Assembly (NCBI GenBank): GCA_012295275.1
Contig: CM022665.1
Span: 36,394,001 to 36,458,000, forward strand
DNA: 64,000 nucleotides
Direction: 5' to 3'
DNA from: Chrysomallon squamiferum
Taxonomy: Eukaryota > Animalia > Mollusca
How positions within the stretch are numbered: the first letter of the stretch is position 1; every line of letters starts with the position of its first letter. Position numbers and translations under genes: made by a program. The notes below the pieces were generated by a model. That model saw nothing but the letters and a program-made list of their open reading frames with translations, searched no databases and was not told the DNA's origin. Below, one piece after another: positions 30,821 through 44,555 of this stretch.

Positions 30821-31117
30821 AAATGTTACTTCGTAAAAGAAAGATTTATTATTATTGTTATTATTAATGAGATATAATAATATTGTAGTGTGAAATGGTC
30901 GTTATACATTGAAACACATAAATGTTGATAAAATGTTTTAAAATTTTTAAATTACATCTGAAGTATTCACTTACAATATCTTTACTTTTTCTTTCCTTGA
31001 ACTTTTAATGACAGATGGGGAAGGTTACAGACTATAATTTGCTTATACAAATAATAATAATTTAGGTTTTTTTATAAAACTAATGAATCAAATATTAAGA
31101 CAATGAACATATAATAA

Positions 31118-31209
<92 letters not shown>

Positions 31210-31665
31210 TACTTATTAATGATTCACAAAATAAACATTATTTCAATGTTAAAACGTTTGCTGTGGAAGTGAAAAAATGAACTGTAGACTCGCTCGCTGG
31301 AGATAAAATTCCGCCAAGTATCACTTTTTCTAATCGACTTCTTGGTTTGAAATAAATAAATAAATAATGAACGAAAGAAAGAATTTAAAAAATGACATAC
31401 AAACACATTCTCTGTTATTTTTCACAACAGTTTTCACTGCTGATTATTACGTTAGAAACACATAATTAAAAGGGACATTTATACGACATTAAAATTTCCA
31501 GTTCAAACAGGATATCTGAATTCGCCGATCCTCTTCTAAAAGGAAACTGGGTTAAACGAAAGCGGATTCAAAGAAAATGAGATATTAAAATTTAAAAATT
31601 AAAAGTAGAAAAAAAAGACAGTTAAGAATGACAGTTACACCAGTAGATACAAAAAGAAAGAAAGA

Positions 31666-31739
<74 letters not shown>

Positions 31740-33432
31740 CTAATTTCTAATCATGACCGGCTTTTAAGAGTTTGTATCTACGTACGAAACAATTTGAATC
31801 GTGCATCAGTCGATGAAGATTTTGTTTGTTATTCTCTAAGTGTCCACCACGCTAAGACAGAACAAGTTTTAGAAAACACTGTCGCTGTACATCCGTTCCT
31901 GTTACTGTCGCCCATATGCTCAACAAATAACCTCATTCACCCCACCCCGTGTTCATGCCATGAAAGAAACAGAGATAAAAATAATAATAATAAAGAAAGA
32001 GAGAGGAGGAAAAAAACACGATGGAGCCAGACACGCGTTTATCTAAGAATTCCTGCAATTTGAAAAATGTCCCCCCTTAAAGCCGCTGTCATTCGAGAAG
32101 AATTTGCCCTCACCATGGTCGAGCGATTAATTTCTGCCACGGCTAACGATTGCATCTCACGGTTTTCTTTCATCAGAAGTAACGGAATAGTCTTGTATGA
32201 TTTTTCAAAGCTTATATATAACTAGTCTTGTTGTTGTCGTACTTTTTTCTAAATCCACCCTCGTCGCGATTTCCTATTATTCTTTTGGTGAATGGGCGAA
32301 TGATAAATTCCAAAGATGAATATAGTATTTCCTTACGTCAGTAATTATTAATTAAAAGATCTTAACAGTAACGGTTATCTTACAGAATATAATATCGTTT
32401 CGTGGATGTGAGATCCGTATGCTTTTTTTCTATTATGTTGGCAGACGACAAACTGGCGTTGCACGCGCTATAACCACGCCTTAGATATTTGATTGGATGT
32501 TTGAGTGTACTGATTATTGACCAAAATAAAGCAGGCGACAGAACAGTGAGATAGATGTAAAGCGATGGAGTGAAAAGTATTCCTGTACACTGGGTTTCTC
32601 GTGAGTTTTAAGTACAGCGCAGTTGCAGTGGCTTTTATCAGACTACCCACTCTCTGTACTCGAACTGTTCTTATTCGATGACGTAGTTTCAATTCTGTAA
32701 TAATAAAATTAGTGAGTAATTCTTTTAAAAATACCGATCACTAAAAATTAAAATTAAAAAAAAAATGCGTTCATAATTTTCATTCAGTGACTCTTTGATT
32801 CATTAACTGATGCGTTTGTTGCCTCGTACTCTCGTTTGTTAACTCAAGATACAGAAGTACACCATCGTTATCACAAACGAATTTTTCTATGAAATAAAGA
32901 TCACATTTTTATAATTCCTTCTTAAAAATTCATTCATTCATTCATTCATTATAAGGATTAAACCAGAGAACGCCAATGAGTCACACGTACAAACAGAAAC
33001 TATGTTAGTGACATGTCTTTTTCGAAATTATAATAATAATGTGGTTAACTACAATAAAAAACTAAATAAATAACGAAAATGATGCTGTTTAATTATATTT
33101 TCACCAGCCTAACATTTTCTCAGAACTATGTGAATGAATAATTGAAAAAATGGTTTGACAAAAATTTAACGTTTAAATAAGATAATAGGACGTCAAAAGA
33201 AAAATTATTTCTCTCTCTCTCTCTGAATGAAACTATTTAAATTTTGCAGTTACCACTACTTATCGTAATTTCTGATGCACTTACTACTGCATGCATTGAA
33301 TAATGATCAAGTTTTAACGCGAGCTCTTTGAAAGATATATCCATCAAATCTAGAACTACCATTACTGAATAATACGTTCCTGAATAATTGTAAATGTACA
33401 TATTAATACTAGCTGTATATTAATACGAATAT

Positions 33433-33536
<104 letters not shown>

Positions 33537-34089
33537 AACAAATGGTTGTTCGACAATTTAGTTAGGTCATAAAAAACTATAAAAAAAAACCAACAGCCTT
33601 GGAATTATAAATATCGGTTATCTAAAACATTTTAAAATGACTGGATGGATAGAAGAGAATAATAAGTATGAAGAAAACAGTTATCTTTAGAATATTAGTA
33701 TTGTTTAATATTAGTATTACTAGTAGTTAGCAGTAGTAGTAGTAGTAGATGTAGTAGTAGTAGTAGTAGTAGTAGTTGAATTTTTATATTTTTATCGTTT
33801 TGAATCTCTTTTCTACGGCTGAAAACAGACTGATTAAAATGTGACATGCGCAGACGACCACTTCCATTTATAAACGTAAAAGAGAATCTTATTTCATGAA
33901 AAAATGTGAAATTGATTTAACACAGCCCTCATCTCCTTGAAGCTTAGTGTCATTAAGTGCACATGCGTGCAATTCCCATAACTTTTTAATTTTTTTAAGT
34001 TTTTATTTATTTATTTATTTTATTATTTTTTTTTTTTTTTTTTTTTATTTATTTATCTATTTATTTAGTTTTAATTTTAATTTTAATTA

Positions 34090-34125
<36 letters not shown>

Positions 34126-34145
34126 GATTATTATTATTATTACTA

Positions 34146-35165
34146 AAATATTACAGGATTACAAGTTATACATAAACATATCATAGCTACACTAAAGTTA
34201 TAAAGACGCTTTCTTGGTTTCTACCAATTTGATCTAATTTTTACATCTAAAATATCCCCAACTGATCTAAAAAGGGTTTTTGCCCACTTAAAAGTTTTGT
34301 AAATATGCTACTTTATGCAAATCGTTAAATATCAGTAACACGTCAAAGTTTTGAATTCCAATTTAAATATTTTGTTATGTGTTCATTAGTACGTCATTAA
34401 TATGTGACTTAAAGGTAACAGTTAATTTCATTTGGAATTTTGAATTCAAATTTAAGTATTTTGCTTACGTTCATTAGTATGTCATTAATATGTGACGTAT
34501 AGGTAACAGTTAATTTCATTTGGAATTCAAATTCAAATATTTTGCTTACGTTCATTAGTACGTAATTAACATGTGACGTATAGGTAACACTTAATTATAT
34601 TTGGAACTTTGAATTCAAATTTAAATATTTAAATATTATATAAAAAAATATATATATTACAAGATTACAAGTTATACATAAACTTATCATTGCTACACTA
34701 AAGTTATAAAGACGCTTTCTTGGTTTCTACCAATTTGATCTAATTTTTACATCTAAAATATCCCCAACTGATCTAAAATGGGGTTTTTGCCCACTTCATT
34801 TAATTTATAATGTTCACAAGACTATGTAGAGATGATCTAAAGTTGAAGCAAGGAACTTAAATAAGTTTTGTAAATATGCTACTTTATGCAAATCGTTAAA
34901 TACTAGTAACACGTCAAAGTTTTGAATTCAAATTTATATATTTTGTTATGCGTTCATTAGTATGTCATTAATATGTGACGGAAAGGTAACAGTTAATTTC
35001 ATTTTGAATTCAAATTCAAATATTTTGATTAAGTTCATTAGTATGTCATTAATATGTGACGGAAAGGTAACAGTTAATTTCATTTTGAATTCAAATTCAA
35101 ATATTTTGATTAAGTTCATTAGTACGTCATTAATATGTGACGTAAAAGTAACAGTTAATTTGATT
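34146..35165. repeat. Higher-order tandem duplication: 2 x ~500 bp, each ending in three 75-81 bp subunits
   Basis: 34148-34290 is nearly identical to 34655-34797. The subunit GTTCATTAGTA(C/T)GTCATTAATATGTGACG..AGGTAACAGTTAATTTCATT.. occurs six times. Confidence 0.93.
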
Positions 35166-35562
35166 TAATTTTTTATTATTATTATAAAGGATTGTTTTAA
35201 GGTATCAGCTTTATCATGCTAAGGTTGAATGGCGTTTGCATAAACAAGTTTTAATAAATAAATTCGACAAAGTTTTAAATAAATGTTTTTATCCTAAAAA
35301 TGATTTATCAGATTTACAAAGCATTTTTCAATTAAAGCACTGCAAGCTAATTGGTATGCAGCAAGATAAACGTCATAAATTCAATCTGTTACGTTTAATA
35401 GAACAAACCGTTAATACACTTTTTTTAAATTCCCATTTTAATCGATCGATAAGACAGCGTTCACTCAGTCTGAATAGCGTTATTGAACTATCAAAGTGAA
35501 ACAAATTCAAGTGGTTAACAAGGATAACAAACCCACGAAAACAAAGAATAAATAAACTCACA

Positions 35563-35613
<51 letters not shown>

Positions 35614-35976
35614 AATAAATAAATAAAATAAAACAATGTGACCATAGTAATAATACAAGACGATTTAATATATTATTATTATTATAGAATTTAAAAATAC
35701 TTCCATGCTAACTGTAAACAGAGTATCTTCTTTAAATAACAATTTCAAATTTTACGTAAATGGGTTGTACAGGATTTTGCTTCCATAAGACTTGGTAAAA
35801 ATGTATTAACAACGTGTTTCAAAGACAAAATACAGCAGGCTAGAACAAGAAACTCAGCTGCAGGACATTAACTTTGTCTTTCTTTCTTCAGACTGTTTTT
35901 TATTATTCGTTCCTTACTTTTCGACAAATCAAATAAGACTACTATACCCCTCCATACTCAACCCCTCCAGTGAATA

Positions 35977-36007
<31 letters not shown>

Positions 36008-36199
36008 AACAACAACAACAACAACAACAACCATAACAACAATAACAATAATAATCAAGCCACTTTTTTCTAGTGCTTATGGCAGTTAATTCAGGATTTA
36101 ATTTCTATATGTATTATCCAGATGAATTTTGTTCAAGTAAATCCATATAGTAATTATTAGACTATACCTTTTAGACATTTGTTTTTGTTATACGAATAT

Positions 36200-36245
<46 letters not shown>

Positions 36246-38072
36246 CATATATATATACATACATGATAAAACACTAAATTGTGTGTATACGTTTTTGTGT
36301 ATCATGCACGTATATTATTTATAAATATAAATATTTATCATGTTATTAATAAATAAATAAATAAATAAATAAATAATAAGACATAAGATTTAATATTCTC
36401 TAACTTTTTTATTACGCAGTAAACCAGCAAACAAATAAAATATTTTCCGTTTTACACGATGAACTTAAATTGAAATACAGATGCTACAAATAAATTAAGA
36501 AATGCAACTAAATTAACTTGTTTAATTAATCACTACTTCCGTAGGCATCTGACATTTGTTTTAGCATACACGAAATAATTATTAACTTCTATTCCTTCTA
36601 TGTCGTGTTAAATTGATACGCAAATTCAATTGATTACTTTGAGATGAAGAGGAAAAATTTACATTAATAACGATACTCGAATAAAATGGCCGCCAGTTTG
36701 CCGTCTGCTCGCTAATGATATTACCTTGGACAATCTAAGTGCATTATGGGAAACTCATGGTCCGAGGATTCGGAGTGTGTCCTACAGGTAAATTGGCAAT
36801 TTTCGTTTAATGGTTTTCTTCATTACTGAATAACGAAGCGTGAATATTTTAACAGATAACAAAATAGTATATGTTAGCGCGGGACAAGCATTGTTCGTCG
36901 ATGAGATTTTCGCAATTATACGTCCGCCCACATGATCAAGGTTCAAGGTCTTTTCGGTTTAGACAGAGCGAAATTCTGACAGACAAGGACACTCAGAGTC
37001 GATCCGCAATAAATTAAGGGAACCCTTTAATCGTTTTCGAAACTGTATGTTTTACAACTGATAAATATTTCCAGTTCTGACCAGCATGTCCCAAATGAAG
37101 CAAGCATCAAAGGCCGCTGTTTCGGCTTTCCTGTTTATAGGAAGGTTTATATTTAAAAAAAAAAATACTTATTGCTAATCAAGAAAAATAACACATGGCA
37201 CAGCCACAGTGTTTTCTTTCTCGTATCTTTATTAAAGGTATTATCTAATAAAGGTTAATAATAAATATGCAGTGATGAGTCGTAATGCTACTGTTCATTC
37301 GATCGTTCGTTCATTCACTGCATCAGCTCGCTTCGTTTATTTATTACAATTTTTTTTTTTTTTTAACTTTTTTTTTTTCTTCTGTTTAATGTTGTTGTTG
37401 TTGGTTTTGTTTTGAATATCAAACATGTCTAGCTCTCACATGTTCTTTCTTGGCATGAACACTCAAGACAGCAGGCTTCAACTGTTAATTGAACATAAAC
37501 ACCAAAACGATAATAAGTTACATAAAACTCATAACAAGTCTTTCCAAAAAACAGTTTTCAATTTAGCTGAATGTGTTATGCTTTTGAAACGAAACCATCA
37601 AAGCAGAGAGTTCTTTCTTTCTTTCGACAGGCCATTTTGCTATTGAGAACTGCTAAAAGAACTCCATGGTGTAATACGTATAGCCTACAGCCTAGACTAA
37701 TAAATCTTGACAATATTATGACTTAGTAAAACGTATAACGAGTCCAGCCTAAAGGAAGAATAATTGTTTTTGAAAACTATAACCAGTGACGTCAAGTGCT
37801 GTCTGTCGCTGAACACGAAATTATGGAGAACGCCGAGGGGTGCCGGAACACCACGAGGCAACCAATAAATTTTAATTTGAAAGCCTGTATATTAAAAGTA
37901 GATAATTAGCGACAGCGGTCGTCTGACTGCTTTCGTGGTAAAACAGTCTTTATCTGGATGTAACGTCATCACCACTGGTCAAGAAGACAACGCCAGGATG
38001 GAAACAGAGAGAGTTCGTCGAGCAGAAAAAAAAAAAATAATAATAATAATAAAAATTAAAAAATGAATAAAA

Positions 38073-38113
<41 letters not shown>

Positions 38114-38129
38114 ACAGAAATCAATCAGT

Positions 38130-38535
38130 ATTCACATGTATTAACTTATACCTCAGATCTGTGAATTCCTAAAAATACACATACCAATTCTAATGATACT
38201 GTACAAACCTTAATCTCCCCAATTTTTCTTTGTTTCTCTACAAAAGTATATATATAAGAGTCCATACAAATTCCCCAGAAGTATTTCTTTATTCCCTTCT
38301 GAATTCTGGTTCTATACAAAAGCTTATCCCCAAACCCTTTGGAAAATTTGTTTCACAAATCGAAATCTGTCGTTTAATTTTCCGTTAACTCATACACTAA
38401 CACTCTCCTTTATAAAAGCATAACCCAGATCTCTTACATTTACAAAAACATGTCCCTATGTCTTTGAATTTGCTCTTTACAAACGAAAATATTTCAAAAC
38501 TGTGAATTAATTCTATGCACCTTTTTTTTGATTCA

Positions 38536-38581
<46 letters not shown>

Positions 38582-38700
38582 CTTAAAAATATGTGATGGA
38601 TTCTCCATACACGTATATCCTCTATATCTTTTCATTTCTTGACTGCAAAAGTAAATTCTCAAAACCTCAGAAAAAACAAAAAAAAATTAATGAATATCTG
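38130..38700. repeat. Degenerate ~38-bp minisatellite
   Basis: Recurring tacaaaa..tatccccaaat.tttgaattt motifs. Confidence 0.5.
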
Positions 38701-39240
38701 CAAACCTGAAATAAAATTTCAATATGCTGACTTACTAACAGACTGAAAATAAATAAATAAATAAATAAATTAATTAATAAATAAATAATACAAAATAATA
38801 ATAATACGTCACTATGCATCACTTTAAAAGCCATTTCTTTTCATGTTTGTAGAAAAACTAAAAATAGTTAAATCATGTGCGAAATACAAGCAAAGTCTGT
38901 AACACAGAAATCAATGAGCAGTGAAAGTTAAGGTACGGCGACCTGTCAAATTAAAGCCAGCATTGCCGACACTTCTATTTTAGGGTATAAAATTTTACTG
39001 TTAGTTCACACGCACCAGTTTTCACACCACTATAATTAACCAGGAAAATACGCGAAAACAATAGAATGAATTAGCTTGGGGAATCGAAGATAATCATTTA
39101 ACATGGTTATATCAGTCTCTGCGTTAAGTCTCAGCTCACGACCTCTTCCAGGCCATTAGATAGATAAACATATGGATGGATGAACAGATAGACTGATAAA
39201 AAGATGGTATACATATATATATAGTTAAATCATAGCAGTG

Positions 39241-39345
<105 letters not shown>

Positions 39346-41289
39346 AGATGGATGCAAAAAATAGTTGGATACACAAATGACAGACGACTGATAGACAGAC
39401 AAACAGAGAGAAAGATAAAGAGACAAACTGATAGAAAGACATACAGACAGGACAGACAGAAAACAGATGGATATCTAGGCAGACGGAGCGACAGACAGAG
39501 AGTAAAACCAGAGAGGAGGAAATGAAGACGGTATCTCACTGGTATTGTTTTAGCGATAGCCTTGCAGATTGACTGTTTGCACAATAAATCGGCGATTCAC
39601 TTGGTTTTTATCGATTTTACATTTATCACTTATCTCCGCGTCAACACTTCTCCCCCGCATCACTTCACAACCAGTCCGTGACGATAACTCAAGAGATATT
39701 AAACCGGTCGGGGGAGGTTCAGACTGGGCCTTTTTTCTTTCAACAGTAATACCAACTGTGGCTTTGATTGTTCTTTCAGTTAACCCCATTTTAAGTTCTT
39801 CTTCTTCTTCGTTGCAGTTTTAGTGATATATATATATATATATATTACAAGTGAATGCAGTTAATTTCACTTCAAAAGACCATTAAATTTCTTATATAAT
39901 ATACAGTAAAAATGAAAATAAGAATAATAGGAAACAGGAAATACGAAATATTGAATTTTTTAAAGATGTTTTTTTCTACATTTTCATAATCAGTTTACAT
40001 CATATCAGGTCGCCATGATATTCTATAACAGAAGTTACGGCCATTTGCAGCTGTTTTGTGGAGGAGTTTTGTTGGCACTTGTCAGTTTCTGAAATAATTC
40101 TTATCGGCATCATTCACAAGTCTGTTTAAAGCTGAATTTAACCTATGACAACTTGCTCTGATTAGCACGTTAATTCTTTTCACTCAATCTATAAAATTTA
40201 ATAATGGAATGTGGTTTTAATGCATCTGTAACAAAAATATCTAGATACATGTTAAAACGTTAACCTTGTTTGTCACCTGTCCACTTTGATAGCTTCATTC
40301 TGAATCCTATAATAAGTATGGTAATGAAATTAGTGCCATTTTAAATCATTAATATTGTACTTAAAGAATAACTAACATTTAAAACACTACTGCTGCTACA
40401 ACAACAACAATTACTAGTACTACTACAACAACTATTACTACTACTAGTACTACTACTACTAATAATAATAATGTTGATGATGATGATGATAAATCATTGT
40501 ATATTACATTTACCGTTACTATGGCTATTATTACTACAGCTACTGCTACAACCTTTTCTACTATTACTCCTGTTATCACTACTACCACTACTATTACTAC
40601 CACAACTATCACTACAGCTATTGCTAATAACAAATAGTTACTAGTAGCAGTAGCAGTAGTAGTAGTAATAAACTGACGAAGAAGATGCTGATGAAGATGT
40701 TGATGACGATGAGCAATGTCACATTCAGCAACAGGAGAACAGAAAAAGAGAAAATAAAAATAAAAAAAAAAAAAATAAAACAATAATAGATATATTTTTA
40801 AAAACCTCCACGATCTCATGTACTTTTCATGCGTGTGAGTCACACTTTAACAAATTCTGGTGGACGCTCTGTGATGGTGTCAGGTCTTAATCCTACAACA
40901 ACGGGATATCAATATCACTGACTGAAAACAATACACATGATTACTGAAGCGAGCAAGTCACACCAAACAAAATTCTCCATCAAACGACATCCTGTTTTGA
41001 ACCCAAAACATGTTTAGTTTTTGATTAAAATGCATTATCCACGTTAAGATATTAAATATCAACTTTACGTTTGACAGGTAGTGGGAGATAGTCACAGCTG
41101 AATGCGGAAATTTGTCCCAGGAACATTTCATTTGTATGATGTAATAACAGTCAGAATATATCAATTACCTTGTAGAGTCATTTTAAAAAGCAACACAAAA
41201 TCGTGTAGTGAACGAAAACATAATTGGTTTTATGTTATTTTTTCTTTGTTGTTGTTTTTCTCCGTTACAATGTTGTTTTCTTCTGTTTC

Positions 41290-41328
<39 letters not shown>

Positions 41329-41844
41329 AACATACATACATACATATGTTCTAAATATGTTCTAAATATATATATAATCTCTAACTTTAAAAATTCGAAT
41401 TTATGAAATCAGGTTTTATATGCATCTAACTACACAGTTTGTAATGCTTTGAACCTGCATTTAAATAAACAGACTTTTTTTTGTTTGTTTTTGTAAATAT
41501 AACTCTTTAATTATGTTTTATTATTAATTTTCTTTCAACAATAATGTGAATTTTATTCTTATTATCATCATCATTATTATTGCTATTACTACTAGTACTA
41601 CTACTACTTCTACTACTACTATTGCTACTGCTACTGCTACTACAATTATTATATTTTTTTCTGCTTATTAAAATACTATGCGAGTTTACACTGTTGTTTT
41701 AATAAAGTTAAAATCTATAAAAACTAAATCACCTTTATTGTTCCGTAAAGAAAGTTTTTTGTAACTGACACTTAGTGTAAGTAATACTTGTATATACATT
41801 ACTATTAATAGGCTATTATTAAAATTTTCGCTTATTTTCCTTTC

Positions 41845-42015
41845 ATCCACCACCAGAAGACTGGTTTGTCAAAGATCGTGTGTTGCAGTTTCTGGGAAGG
41901 TATTTTCAGAAATCCTTTGCTGTTGGCCAAAGCAATGGCGGCAGCGTGTTTTCTGTGTCGTGTCTGCTACATACGAAATGATCACAAGATAGCTTATAAA
42001 TATTAATATTAAATT
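41845..42015 (+). mobile_element. SINE fragment (central/3' part)
   Basis: gactggtttgtcaaagatcgtg...ctgggaaggt...aaatcctttgctg...atggcggcagcgtgttttct resembles the core of the other copies. Confidence 0.45.
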
Positions 42016-43838
42016 CTGTTGAAATAACTGCTGAATATTCATTTATTCACTATGTGCGAAGAATATATTTCACATCTAAAAGAGAGTAATATTAAAATGT
42101 GTCAACTAATATTTATTCATTGTTTTACATGCGCATATAATTATCTTAACTTTTCGGCGTTAAGAAATTAATTAATTTTCAACAAATTATTCCCCTTGCT
42201 ATAAAGTTAATGTCATTATCTACTAAATACCAAAATAACTATGAAATACATTTATTAAGCTCTGCGTTTTTCATCTCTCTCTCGCTCTCTCTACTGAAAT
42301 AAAAAGATTGTCTCTTCCTGTCTTTTATTTTATATAAACGTGCAGTAATTCATAAAGATATATTTTCAAAGATATGTAGAATAATAAAAAAAAATATGTC
42401 AGTAAAATAATGAATGAATTGAGAGGGTTTCGGAACAGTGTATGTATTATAAAGACATCTGAAGGGACAGTGTGAGACCGAGATGTAGAGGGACTAACTA
42501 AAAGCTGTAGGGAACAGATGACAGAGAAACTAAAAGATCGAGAGTGAAAAAGAAAATATGTAGCCTAGGGAGATGAGAGAACGAAAGAGAATGAGAGAGA
42601 GAGAGATGAACAGAGGATAGATATAAACAGACAGGCAGACAGATAGATTGATAGATATACTGATAGACGGACAGAGATACAGATATATAGATAGATAGGA
42701 AGAGAAAGACAGAGAGAGAAAGAGAGAGAGAAAAAAATAGTCACACATATTTTGACTATGGACAATGAAAACAAATAAATGAATCGATCAAATATGAAAA
42801 CATGAACGACTTTCTTTTCTTTTCAACTCCTACTACATAATTCATCACTTTCGGTTGTTGTTCGTTTCTGGCTGAGATTTCTGTTGTTGTTGTTGGGACA
42901 TTTATATATATTTATTTATTATTCAGCATCAAGCGACAGTCGTTAAGTTAGGGTTGTGTCTGGTTAATAAGATTCTATAATCTACCAGTGTGATAATTTA
43001 ATTTGTCCCAACGTTCTCTCTGCAGGACGCCATTAGGCATTATCCAGTGTGCTCAGCAGGCAGACGCCTACCAGTGTAAATTTCCGATCGTCTGCGGAGG
43101 GCACGCGGTTTTTTCTAGATACTAAATTAATGAAGTACAATCGCCTTGCTTCTGGCTCTTCTCCGTCAAACAATTAATTTTCTAATTAAATGATATTGGA
43201 TGCGTGGGAGCTGATTGTGTTTGTCAGCTGAAATACGACATCGGCACTTGTCGCATTGGAAAGACGTGGGATCGATCCCCGCTTGTGGAAATCCTGTTAA
43301 GTTTCTGTTTGTTCTTTTGGCATCATTTATTATTATTTATTTATTTTTAAAGTTCAGTGGGCGGTGGATTCAAGGCAGAGCTTTCTTCTTCATTTTGTCT
43401 TTGTCACTGTTGTAAAAGGAGATTTTAACTGTAGCTAGATTTAAGATGATTTGATGAACAAAATGTAATGAAATCAAAATTTAAGGAATTACCAGAAAAG
43501 AAATGGATTTTTAATTTATTTTGTTTTTTATTTTTATTTTATTTTAAATTTCCTATTTAAATTCGACAGAATGAAACAGATTGTTCTGGAAGACAAGAAC
43601 TAATTTACACTGTGTCAATCTGACTTCTTCTCTGATGATATTCTTTCTTAATTTTATTATTTTATTTCATTTTATTTTATTTTATTTTTATTCTGTTTAT
43701 TTTTTTGTATTATATATATATATGCACATATATACATATTTGATTTCTTGTCACATGACCATCATTTTAACCATTTTGGAAATTAATTTTAAAAATAATA
43801 AATAAAACCTCCCTCAAGCACTCCCCAATCACTCGAGG

Positions 43839-43872
<34 letters not shown>

Positions 43873-44090
43873 CTCCACAATATCATTAAAACAATAAAAA
43901 GCGAAAACAGCAAAGAAAGTCTTGCCATTGTGACCTATATGATTTCACTGGAAAATAAATATTTCATCTCTTGTTTGCAAATGTGCACTAATTTGAGAAA
44001 AGGCGGTAAAAGAGGAGAGGAGATAAACATGAATAAATCACAGCAAACCGAAATGGAAAGAATGTATACATTTTTAATTACGCCCAACAG

Positions 44091-44199
44091 CACGAAGCAA
44101 AACATCCGGTCACTGGAGTAAAGGTGAGGAGGCGACGACCCAGGAGGAAGGGCAGTACCTTGAGTACTATCTGTACCAGAGATACAACAACAGTCACAC
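44091..44199 (+). other. Orphan exon-like segment
   Basis: GC-rich 109-nt island bounded by acceptor tttttaattacgcccaacag| and donor CAC|GTAAGT. Two frames are open. No partner exons were confidently found. Confidence 0.4.
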
Positions 44200-44461
44200 G
44201 TAAGTGTAAAACAAACAAACAAACAAACAAACAAACAAATAAATAAATAAATAAATAAAATAAAACGAAATAACAATAAAAATAAAAATAAATAAATAAT
44301 CTGTAAACAAATATATGTATGTATGTAAATAAATATGTGAATAAATACTTTACAACTAAACAAACAGAGAGAAAGATAAAAAGACAAATTAGATCTAATC
44401 ATATATAAACACACCCAGAGACACACACAGGAAAACATTCAGGCACAGACTCAGGCAGAAA

Positions 44462-44555
<94 letters not shown>

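Noticed and set aside
34962-35168. 68-aa ORF with a 25-aa repeat
   Set aside because: It is a chance open frame through the 75-bp satellite subunits.
40379-40843. 154-aa Val-rich ORF as a membrane protein
   Set aside because: It derives from degenerate (ACT/ACA/AAT)n trinucleotide repeats.
43255-43295. tRNA gene (GGGATCGATCCCC B-box-like)
   Set aside because: No cloverleaf or intact A box; at most a SINE head remnant.
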